IMG/VR virus record: IMGVR_UViG_3300042885_000751
Coordinates: 1 to 64,000 of that record
From: a virus
Lineage: Duplodnaviria > Caudoviricetes
Reading direction: 5' to 3' (one strand)
DNA: 64,000 nucleotides
Of the stretch, positions 56,610 through 64,000 are shown in pieces. The position numbers and the translations under genes are program-made. The notes beneath the pieces were generated by a model. That model was not told the origin of the DNA. It worked only from the letters and a program-made list of their open reading frames with translations, and ran no database searches. Positions within the stretch are counted from its first letter, which is position 1. Every line of letters starts with the position of its first letter.

Positions 56610-57656
56610 CATTATGTTATCTCATAGGCTCTTTATCCTATGATTCTGTAGTTTCTTTTAGATTATATCTACAGTTCAGACTATATCATCACATATTTCT
56701 ATGTGTTCTGCGCTCTTGGTATTTTACTGCCTGTTCTAGGCTCCATATACTAGTCGTTGCACCTTCCTTACATCCCTGTAAGGCTTGGCTCAGGATTGTC
56801 CATCTCTGGAGTTTCCCTGAGTTCACAGAATTTATTGCGGACCAGCCACTTTATGCTTTTTTCCATCTATAACCACCTGCTGTTAAGTCTTTAGATATTG
56901 CTCTATTAATATTAGAGATACTAAGTTCTTTACTTGCTTGTTTTATAGACTCCCATTTTTTGATAAAAATATTATCAGTAGTATATTGTAATACTGGTTC
57001 TAATCTATATTCTTTCAATCTATATAACATATTAATGTTATAAGTAAAAGACCATATAAATCCTCCTGCAGAAGATGTATTACCTTTACAAACTGCTTTT
57101 ATACCATTAATACTTTTAGCATTAATAGATTTAGCAGCAGCTGTAAGAGATTCAAAACTTTCTAAATACTCACCTTTATCAAGTGAATACATATGTACTG
57201 CTTTAAGATTATGAGGTTTTAAACCATTTGCATAAGCTTTTTTCTTAGCATCACTTATCCTTTGTTTACATATATCATCTCTCACTAATGTTTGTGGATC
57301 TAGTATATGATTTATATAAGGAATAATTGTGTTAATATAATAAGCTTCTCTTTCAATTAAAATATCATCAGTGCATTCCTCTACAACATTAAAGTAAATT
57401 TCATTTTTACCATATTTATTATATAAGTTTTGCATTGTTCTATTATGATGCTTTAAATTTTCAAGAGACCACAAATGATGTTTTAACCTGTGACCAATAT
57501 TACAAGAGCTACCAATGTACTCTTTATCATTAATTTTAATTTTATAGATTCCTACACACTTTAATGCTATCTTAAGTGTTTGCATGTTTAATTTTTCCAT
57601 ATCATAAAGATAATCAAATTATTCACACTAACACAATTAGACTGCATATTTTGTTA
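56610..57656 (-). mobile_element. Group I self-splicing intron (1047 nt)
   Basis: 5' splice after U (GCGGAU|UAA), terminal G (AAUG|CAC). P4 CUCAGG/CCUGAG, P3 UUCUGUG/CGCAGAA, P7 GACUA/UAGUC in GCAACGACUA and GAUAUAGUCUG. IGS GUCCGC at 56837-56842. Confidence 0.92.
56851..57600 (-). CDS. Intron-encoded GIY-YIG homing endonuclease with two NUMOD1-like repeats
   Basis: GIYKI...YIGSS...R...E..YI...N; C-terminal repeats FESLTAAA...AGGFIW and WESIKQA...AGGYRW. Confidence 0.88.
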   Translation of the reverse strand: MEKLNMQTLKIALKCVGIYKIKINDKEYIGSSCNIGHRLKHHLWSLENLKHHNRTMQNLYNKYGKNEIYFNVVEECTDDILIEREAYYINTIIPYINHILDPQTLVRDDICKQRISDAKKKAYANGLKPHNLKAVHMYSLDKGEYLESFESLTAAAKSINAKSINGIKAVCKGNTSSAGGFIWSFTYNINMLYRLKEYRLEPVLQYTTDNIFIKKWESIKQASKELSISNINRAISKDLTAGGYRWKKA

Positions 57657-58079
57657 ATCCGCACGTGTATAATCATCTAAAATCAAGAAACCACCTTCAC
57701 CTTTACCTTGAATCCACTCTGGAGCAGCATGAGACATTCTACTATTACTAGTAGGTTTATATTTATTCTTAATGTAAGTTTCCATTAAAGATTCTTGGAC
57801 CCATTTAGTAAAACCATCTTCTCTAACCATTTCAAATTCTTTGAATGGAAAACCAATTAAATCACCTAACTCTTCTATCTGAGAAAGATTTAATTTAATA
57901 ATATCCATACCCATTTCAGTTGCTAATTGCTTAACAGCTGAAGTCTTACCAAGACCAGCGTCACCTTCTACATTTATTGCAACAGGCACTTTACCTTCAG
58001 CTTGGATATATTGATTATTACCAACTATGTGTTTTAAAAACCCTTTTAACTCATCTACATTTAATTGAACTTGACTCAT
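57657..58079 (-). CDS. MoxR-like AAA+ ATPase, exon 1
   Basis: Walker A GDAGLGKT, GDLIGFP, Walker B LILDD followed by YTRAD. Confidence 0.88.
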
Positions 58080-58092
58080 CTTTTTTAATTTT

Positions 58093-59283
58093 TTAAATTT
58101 CTAACTTAATAACTTTTCCCGGTAAATCTGTATTCATACCAGATTGCTCAGACAGCACCCACAATATAGGAGCTTTTGGCTTTACACTTGTACAGCATTC
58201 ACCGTCAGTAAAATACACTAAGCTAGTATACTTTCTTATATTTTCATTATAATATTCAAGGACGGGATCAAATTCTGTCCCACCTCTTCCATATATCTCA
58301 ATTTCATTTTTACCTTTATAAGGCTCTATGCTTTTGATAGCAGTATCACATTGTACTATGGTAATATCAACACCTTGTTTATAGATGTGTAATATCTCAT
58401 TCATAAACTCATGTAATTCTTGATCACATACGGATCCTGAAGTATCAATAGCCAACAACATATGTTGTTTCATTTTAATTTTAAGACCGGGATTCTCAGA
58501 ATATCTTCTATTCTCTTTTCTCCTTATCTTTTTAGTATACACTTTTGATGACACACCAGTAAATCTTCTGATATATCCTTTCCAATCAAATTTAGCAGGC
58601 TTGATTTCTTCCATTTCAAGTAAACCCTCAATTTCTCCAGGGATATTACCTCTTTTCTTTTCAGTCATTTCCTTAGCATCATTGAGAATCTTATTTAATT
58701 GTTTCTCAATTAGCTTTTGCTCAGCTTCAGTCATGTCTTCAAAATCAGCCCAAGTAGGATGATCACTGGCCATTTCATCTCCAGCATCCATTTGATCAGC
58801 TAACTTATCAAAATTATCATCACCACTTGTGCCACTTTTGTCTTTATCTTCTTTAGCCTGTTGTAGTTTATCATAATAATATCTACAACCTGCTTTTCTA
58901 TCAAGATTTAAATCAGGATAATCATCTATATTAATACCACCTTCTGGTAGTAATTCATCTAAGATATACTGATTAATCTCCATATCCATAGCAATATTAG
59001 CTAATCTCTTATCACTAAACTTAAAATACATAGTAAGATGACCAAAAGCTATATGAAGTAATTCATGCTTAAGTAAACCTAATCTATGATCTTCAGATAA
59101 ACTTGTCCAGAAATCTTCATTAATTGTAAGTTGATAATTAATATTATTTTTACTTACACCAGCAGTAGGAACTATTTTATTATTCCATACTTTATTTAAC
59201 ATGATTAAAAAGAACCCATAATAGGGCTCCTTTAACATCAAGTCTTTACTGGTTTTTGCTAAACTATCTTCTCTATTTTTCAT
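58093..59283 (-). CDS. Putative metallopeptidase + vWA domain protein (DUF2201-like)
   Basis: LKHELLH (HExxH), NIAMD.EIN; MIDAS-like IDTSGS, GRGGTEF, YFTDG. Confidence 0.85.
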   Translation of the reverse strand: MKNREDSLAKTSKDLMLKEPYYGFFLIMLNKVWNNKIVPTAGVSKNNINYQLTINEDFWTSLSEDHRLGLLKHELLHIAFGHLTMYFKFSDKRLANIAMDMEINQYILDELLPEGGINIDDYPDLNLDRKAGCRYYYDKLQQAKEDKDKSGTSGDDNFDKLADQMDAGDEMASDHPTWADFEDMTEAEQKLIEKQLNKILNDAKEMTEKKRGNIPGEIEGLLEMEEIKPAKFDWKGYIRRFTGVSSKVYTKKIRRKENRRYSENPGLKIKMKQHMLLAIDTSGSVCDQELHEFMNEILHIYKQGVDITIVQCDTAIKSIEPYKGKNEIEIYGRGGTEFDPVLEYYNENIRKYTSLVYFTDGECCTSVKPKAPILWVLSEQSGMNTDLPGKVIKLEI

Positions 59284-59680
59284 TTTTCAATGTTATTGAG
59301 TAATTTAATTTATTAATTGGATAACCCCAGTTTGACATTGCAGTTTTTAATTCTTCAACATGAATTTTTAAATAGTAATCCATAATTTCAGGTTCTACTG
59401 CTGCAGTAATTAAGGTATTAACAATTTGTGCTGCACTTAACTTATACTCACTTTGAATACCTAATTCACTGATTTTTTCAAAAGCATTAGGTATATTTTC
59501 ACGCCAATAACTTTCAGTTTTTAAACTCATACCATAAAATATGATTAACCATCCTTCAGATGCATCAATATCACAATTATTTAGTATTTCATTTGCAACA
59601 ACATGATTCTCTTTATCAGGAGAATTATACATTTCATATATACTTTCAACACTCTCTCTATTCAGTACTACTTTTTCCAT
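59273..59680 (-). CDS. Hypothetical protein
   Basis: 135 aa; overlaps the vWA gene start; motif shared with 54507-55760. Confidence 0.65.
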   Translation of the reverse strand: MEKVVLNRESVESIYEMYNSPDKENHVVANEILNNCDIDASEGWLIIFYGMSLKTESYWRENIPNAFEKISELGIQSEYKLSAAQIVNTLITAAVEPEIMDYYLKIHVEELKTAMSNWGYPINKLNYSITLKNEK

Positions 59681-59692
59681 TAGTTTTCTGTT

Positions 59693-60088
59693 TTAATATA
59701 ATTTACCTGTTTCTTTTTCATACTTCATTTGCCATTCAGATGCTTTTGCTAAATCATATTGGTGACGATAAAAATCTGTTGCAAGTAATAAAAGTGATTC
59801 TTGATATACTTCTTTTGCTACATACATTTTAGGCCAACTTACTAGTATGCTTTCTAAATTTTTTTTAACATCATGACTTTCATTAATCCATTTTTCATAT
59901 ATGCCGTAATGACCATGAAAATCTACAGGAAAAGTCATAATAAAACCATAAGCATCTTTATTATAATTTGTGTTTTCTTTTACAAAAATTGGTACTTCAT
60001 CAAGAGGTTTTTGCCAACCTAATTCTGTCATTATAACATCAATCTTAGGTGTAGCATATACTTTTTGTGTAAATGCATTTTCTTCCAT
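59693..60088 (-). CDS. Hypothetical protein
   Basis: 131 aa; coupled to the upstream ORF by TAATG. Confidence 0.65.
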   Translation of the reverse strand: MEENAFTQKVYATPKIDVIMTELGWQKPLDEVPIFVKENTNYNKDAYGFIMTFPVDFHGHYGIYEKWINESHDVKKNLESILVSWPKMYVAKEVYQESLLLLATDFYRHQYDLAKASEWQMKYEKETGKLY

Positions 60089-60225
60089 TAGTCTTTAATT
60101 TTAGTTTTTATTTTATTAATCCATTCAGGAAAAGCCATAAACCAAAGAGCATACAAACCCATGCATGTTAAAAGTAATAAACTGATTCCTAGTATAACCA
60201 ATACTATTATTCCAATAATCTTCAT
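60088..60225 (-). CDS. Small single-pass membrane protein, 45 aa
   Basis: Manual translation MKIIGIIVLVILGISLLLLTCMGLYALWFMAFPEWINKIKTKIKD*; TAATG overlaps at both ends. Confidence 0.75.
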   Translation of the reverse strand: MKIIGIIVLVILGISLLLLTCMGLYALWFMAFPEWINKIKTKIKD

Positions 60226-60572
60226 TAGTCTTCAATTTTTAAAGTTTTTATTGCCCATTCTTTAGGTTTACCTGATGATATCATATCAACCCATTCTTTA
60301 GCAGTAGGAATATAGTTATTACAATCCTCTTTTACATGTTGTTCTCCAACATATCTTGTATATACAGTTTTACCATCTGAATTTATAAATGATGCTCCAA
60401 ATACTTTTTCACATTCAAATATACCTTCACTGTGGTGACGGAACATTCTGTGTTTACTATGACCTATCCAAGCTTTAGTTTCATCAAACCAGTTGTGAAT
60501 TGCCTCATAATCAGATATTTGTCCTCCAAATTTCTTTACTGAGCTTTTACAATGTTGTAAGGGGTGTGCCAT
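60225..60572 (-). CDS. DUF6915-like protein
   Basis: MAHP..H.KSSVKKFGG...DY..IH.WFDETK...HR..RHHSEGIFECE..FG...R.VGEQHV.ED. Confidence 0.75.
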   Translation of the reverse strand: MAHPLQHCKSSVKKFGGQISDYEAIHNWFDETKAWIGHSKHRMFRHHSEGIFECEKVFGASFINSDGKTVYTRYVGEQHVKEDCNNYIPTAKEWVDMISSGKPKEWAIKTLKIED

Positions 60573-61158
60573 TTTTTGTGTTATTATAGACAGTTTCTAT
60601 CCATTTTAGAAAATCTGCTAAGGGTAAATCACTTTTTGCTCTATTGCAGATTTTACAACAACTGACAGTGTTATCAAGAGTGTATCCTTTTTGAGAGTTT
60701 ACTCTGTCAATACCATTATACATTACAGGTATACCGGCTCTAACAGCTTTTGTAGTAGAATTTAATATCTGATAAACAGCAAAAGGTTCTACTTTACAGT
60801 AAATACAGTTCTTACTAAGAAGCTTTTTAAACTCATCAAATGTCAAGTCAAAAGATAAACCTCTTTCTCGAGCATGTTTTTTATAAGAGTAAAGTAATGC
60901 ATTATAGCTAGTGTCTTTATTCCGTTTACCTATAAGCTTATTTGTTCTGCAGGGAGTTTTTCCACAACAAATTGAATTACCATTTCTGATATTAGTCAGT
61001 TGTACTTTTAAAAGTTTTTTACATCTGCATTGCACAAGCACTAGTCTTTTGTTTCCGGTACTAACACCTGCTTCACCTTGATAAGTAAAGAAAGTTGCTT
61101 TTTCTGTTGATGTGTAGATAACCTGTCCAGGTTCATAATTTAGTTTATATTTTTCCAT
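60547..61158 (-). CDS. Free-standing HNH-family (His-Me finger) homing endonuclease
   Basis: N-terminal CRC...GNSICCG; C-terminal CIYC...NGIDRVNSQKGY..DNTVSCCKICN.AK. Confidence 0.8.
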   Translation of the reverse strand: MEKYKLNYEPGQVIYTSTEKATFFTYQGEAGVSTGNKRLVLVQCRCKKLLKVQLTNIRNGNSICCGKTPCRTNKLIGKRNKDTSYNALLYSYKKHARERGLSFDLTFDEFKKLLSKNCIYCKVEPFAVYQILNSTTKAVRAGIPVMYNGIDRVNSQKGYTLDNTVSCCKICNRAKSDLPLADFLKWIETVYNNTKNGTPLTTL

Positions 61159-61276
61159 AAGATTTAGTATTGTACATTACAAATATACAATAATAAATCT
61201 TATAATGTATGTAATCTTCCCATGTTCCTCCCCACCTTTTTGCAGCAGATTTGGCATGCATTATTGGATGACTCAT
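61145..61276 (-). pseudogene. Orphan 5' fragment of a DUF6915-like gene
   Basis: MSHPIMHAKSAAKRWGGTWEDYIH aligns with MAHPLQHCKSSVKKFGGQISDYEAIH (60572), then runs into unrelated AT-rich sequence and stops after 43 aa. Confidence 0.8.
61180..61187 (-). promoter_or_regulatory. TAnnTTTG promoter element for the HNH cassette
   Basis: TATATTTG on the - strand, 21 nt before the HNH ATG. Confidence 0.6.
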
Positions 61277-61277
61277 T

Positions 61278-61682
61278 TTATTTAATGTATTTTTTAATAA
61301 GTTCTATTATACATGTTTCTTCAGCTATTTTTCTATTAGAATAGGAAAAACTTTTTATTACATTTTCTTCATCAAAAGAAATAGTAAATCCAAATTCTGT
61401 TTTTCCAACTTGTTGTATTGAAATTAACCAATCTGTTTTTTCATCAAACCAATTAAATACAAAAGGTCTAAGTGCCGCAACACAAGATTTTTCAGTTGTA
61501 TTTTCTAACTTGTCAATAATTTCATTTGTTATGTATCTTGAATACCAGCCAACATGAGCATCTTTAATATACAACATAAGGCTCATTCCATCATAGCCTA
61601 AATCTTTTAATTGTTTTGAAAACTCATAATCAAGATATCCAGTATCAATTTCCATTTTTTCTATTTCTTGTTTTTTATTCAT
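61278..61682 (-). CDS. Hypothetical protein
   Basis: 134 aa; YEFSKQLKDLGYD N-terminal motif; TAATG coupling. Confidence 0.65.
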   Translation of the reverse strand: MNKKQEIEKMEIDTGYLDYEFSKQLKDLGYDGMSLMLYIKDAHVGWYSRYITNEIIDKLENTTEKSCVAALRPFVFNWFDEKTDWLISIQQVGKTEFGFTISFDEENVIKSFSYSNRKIAEETCIIELIKKYIK

Positions 61683-62074
61683 TATTTCTTATTTTTATCT
61701 TTTAAATTACCTTCATGATGATAATCTTCATACTCAGTTACTCTGACACTATTATTAATTGTATATGTACCAAGTTCTACATCAATATAAACATAACCAC
61801 GACCACCTTCATCATTCCACCAGTCTTCTATATCATCTAATAACATCTCTTGACAGTAATCTTCAATTAAAGTACTTAATCCACTATCAATATCATTTAA
61901 TAAGTATTCTTGATCCCAATTTTCTAAATCATAATAACCTATATCTGGATCTTGAGTAGCATGAACATATTCAATTGCTCCACTATCTCCAGCACCTTCA
62001 TAATGTACTACAACTTTTTTAATACCATGATTAACTAAGCCAAACATTATTTTTTCTAGTCTATTTTCATCCAT
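61682..62074 (-). CDS. DUF6878-like protein
   Basis: GI..V.V.YEGAGDSGAIE...DWWNDEGG.G motifs. Confidence 0.7.
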   Translation of the reverse strand: MDENRLEKIMFGLVNHGIKKVVVHYEGAGDSGAIEYVHATQDPDIGYYDLENWDQEYLLNDIDSGLSTLIEDYCQEMLLDDIEDWWNDEGGRGYVYIDVELGTYTINNSVRVTEYEDYHHEGNLKDKNKK

Positions 62075-62083
62075 AACTTTTTA

Positions 62084-62503
62084 TTATTTAAACTTATAAA
62101 ATTTACCTAATATATTACCGTTTAAATATCTATCAGACTCAAGTACTCCTAATACAAATTGATGTTTAGTTTCCTGGTATGATAATTCTAATTTAGTAGT
62201 ACATATCATTAGTATATCTCTTTTAATTTTTACATTATCTTTGTGTGCTTTTTTCAGTACTTCATTGCTACTGTAATAATTTTGATAAGTAGCTTTTCTT
62301 ACTCTTTTATATGTCTTCAATCTCTTATCAGTTGGCATAGCCTTCTTACTCAGTTTTGTTTTAATATCTGCATAAAAATTCTTTTTACCAATATAACTAA
62401 TTGATTTTCCATCTATTATTGCAGTCATATTATAAATAAAACCTATTGCATTTTCAGGAATCATATCTTCGGTAAAAATTTTACCTTTATATATCCAACT
62501 CAT
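62084..62503 (-). CDS. GIY-YIG-like nuclease
   Basis: GFIY...YIGKK...YYSSN...R.IL...LSY.E...YLN.NI. Confidence 0.7.
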   Translation of the reverse strand: MSWIYKGKIFTEDMIPENAIGFIYNMTAIIDGKSISYIGKKNFYADIKTKLSKKAMPTDKRLKTYKRVRKATYQNYYSSNEVLKKAHKDNVKIKRDILMICTTKLELSYQETKHQFVLGVLESDRYLNGNILGKFYKFK

Positions 62504-62514
62504 AATTTTAAAAT

Positions 62515-62748
62515 TTAAGCATCACCTTGTGGTATAATACTGCTACGTTCTTGTATAAATTTACCTGAGAATACCTCAGTTAATGTTTCTTTTACATTGA
62601 TACCACCTTCTCTTTCAATAGTCTCTATCAATAATACTACTGCATGTATAAGATGTGCAGGAGTAACTCCACTTATCTTTAAATTTGTAGTAAACTTTTC
62701 TGGTGCCTCTTTATCAAACTCATAATTTATTTTAATCTTACCTTTCAT
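62515..62748 (-). CDS. Hypothetical protein
   Basis: 77 aa; overlaps the primase stop. Confidence 0.55.
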   Translation of the reverse strand: MKGKIKINYEFDKEAPEKFTTNLKISGVTPAHLIHAVVLLIETIEREGGINVKETLTEVFSGKFIQERSSIIPQGDA

Positions 62749-63724
62749 ATAATGTTTTATTAAGTAATAATAATACTTCTTCTTTTACTTTTTCAATACC
62801 GTGCACTTTAATAGCATCTGACACATCTTTCTCCATATCAAGAATAATAAAATCAAGATTATATCTTTCTTTATATTTTTTCATAGAATTAATACCTGCT
62901 TCATCATTATCAAATAGTACACATATCTTTTTATATTTTTCTTTAAGTTTATTTATGCTCTGCTCTTTAATCATAGTGTTTTCACTATCCGGAGCAATAC
63001 ACTCTATATCCTTAAAGCCAAGCTTATTAAAAGCCATTATATCTTTCAATGAAGAAGTAATAACTAAATAATCTACTGTAAGTGATAGTTGTTGTGATCC
63101 TTGTATATGATTAGCTAACTTTAAGAATTTTTTATTCATATTCTTAGGCTGATAAATCTTATACAATGTACCATCTTTTTTAAAATAGCCATACAGATTT
63201 AAGCCTGTAATAATAATTTCAGATGTAGTACCATTAAGTTCAAGTCTGGTCATCTTATAATATTCTAATGCAGATACATTATATGCTTCTAGCATTTTAG
63301 AACCAATATGATATTGTCCCCAGTATTTCTGATCAAAGTTGGACCAATGCCTAATAGTATAATCAGTTACTTTATAATTTTCATAAGTTTTAATTTCAGG
63401 AGCTTTATAAGGTTTATGATCATCTAAGTATTTAACATAGTCATTAACTATTTTATAAGAAACTTCTCCTCTATCTTTAATACCAAATATATATTGTACT
63501 AAAGCTATAGAATCTCCCTGATAACCTGATGAAAAATCTTTAAACTTATATGTCATTGTTGCAGCATCCATATAAATAATCATTGATGGAGTCTTTTCAG
63601 TTTTAAATACAGATTTAATCTTTATCTGCTGTCCGTCTAATTGTTCAGTAAGATTTAAATAATTCTCAAAGATCCAGATTGTTGGTACATCTTGGAATCT
63701 AATCACATTTTTAGTTGAAATCAT
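62738..63724 (-). CDS. DNA primase (DnaG-like TOPRIM)
   Basis: EKTPS and FKDFSSG..GD.I N-domain; LVITSSLKD, LFDNDEAG, KDVSD. Confidence 0.8.
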   Translation of the reverse strand: MISTKNVIRFQDVPTIWIFENYLNLTEQLDGQQIKIKSVFKTEKTPSMIIYMDAATMTYKFKDFSSGYQGDSIALVQYIFGIKDRGEVSYKIVNDYVKYLDDHKPYKAPEIKTYENYKVTDYTIRHWSNFDQKYWGQYHIGSKMLEAYNVSALEYYKMTRLELNGTTSEIIITGLNLYGYFKKDGTLYKIYQPKNMNKKFLKLANHIQGSQQLSLTVDYLVITSSLKDIMAFNKLGFKDIECIAPDSENTMIKEQSINKLKEKYKKICVLFDNDEAGINSMKKYKERYNLDFIILDMEKDVSDAIKVHGIEKVKEEVLLLLNKTLYER

Positions 63725-63741
63725 ATCTTTTAACTTTAATT

Positions 63742-63772
63742 AAAAAGGGAGCCCATTTCCTGACTCCCTTTT
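63742..63772 (-). terminator. Intrinsic terminator (possibly bidirectional)
   Basis: AAAAAGGGAG-loop-CTCCCTTTT. Confidence 0.75.
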
Positions 63773-63781
63773 AAACTATTG

Positions 63782-64000
63782 TTAGTCTAAATCAAAGTCT
63801 GAGCCAACCTTAGTTGATACCTCAAAATCATCTTCACCAAAAGTTTCTACTTTCTTAGCTTCTAATTTTTTAAGATGTAGAGCTTCAGAATATAGTAACT
63901 GTTTACCAGATCCAAGTTTAGCATATGCAAAACCATCTCTAGAAGATTTTGGCAAATATAAGTCATAATTTGTATAACCCGTTTTACCTTCATATTCTTT
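63782..64000 (-). CDS. 3' end of a probable single-stranded DNA-binding protein (truncated)
   Basis: Manual translation KEYEGKTGYTNYDLYLPK...TFGEDDFEVSTKVGSDFDLD*; acidic-hydrophobic tail, next to primase. Confidence 0.5.
   Translation of the reverse strand, partial: KEYEGKTGYTNYDLYLPKSSRDGFAYAKLGSGKQLLYSEALHLKKLEAKKVETFGEDDFEVSTKVGSDFDLD

Noticed and set aside
56610-56612. ATG start of the 251-aa ORF as an independent gene
   Set aside because: The ATG is the last three intron bases (terminal G); the ORF is exon 2 of the ATPase.
57639-57642. Local GUCU as the intron internal guide sequence
   Set aside because: Only 4 bp with the exon, versus 6 bp plus P10 for the distal GUCCGC; at most a decoy.
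60547-61210. Second group I intron around the HNH gene
   Set aside because: No P4/P7 core and no non-coding room; the downstream gene has its own complete start.
1-64000. Stop-codon reassignment as in some crAss-like phages
   Set aside because: Giant genes are uninterrupted in the standard code, and TAG ends genes at plausible places (214, 49055, 55857).
1-64000. CRISPR array, tRNA, rRNA, integrase or transposase
   Set aside because: No regularly spaced repeats, cloverleaf with T-loop consensus, or matching protein motifs seen; intergenic gaps are short.

Overview
AT-rich 64 kb segment of a crAss-like (Crassvirales-type) podophage genome, probably infecting a Bacteroidota host (TAnnTTTG-like promoters, A-rich starts without Shine-Dalgarno sites). 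Standard genetic code. The + strand (1-49055) is the virion block: small basic proteins, ring/adaptor proteins, a Dps-like protein, Cys-rich structural and fibre proteins, an HU/IHF-like protein, the tail muzzle protein, and giant ejected cargo proteins including a 3305-aa virion RNA polymerase (DYDVD motif). The - strand (49203-64000) is the replication block: DUF932-like protein, family B DNA polymerase, PD-(D/E)xK exonuclease, MoxR-like AAA ATPase split by a group I intron carrying a GIY-YIG endonuclease, vWA/metallopeptidase, an HNH cassette, primase and a probable SSB. Most striking observations: (1) four consecutive cargo proteins (6557 aa) have cysteines only at their adjoining termini, suggesting a head-to-tail linked chain; (2) recurrent [FYMA]xxGG and acidic helix motifs punctuate other cargo proteins; (3) the intron carries its endonuclease in the P1 loop; (4) the HNH cassette appears to have split a gene and supplied a replacement 5' end; (5) terminator-proximal elements are complementary to distant translation starts. 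All family assignments are from motif recognition by eye, with no database search.
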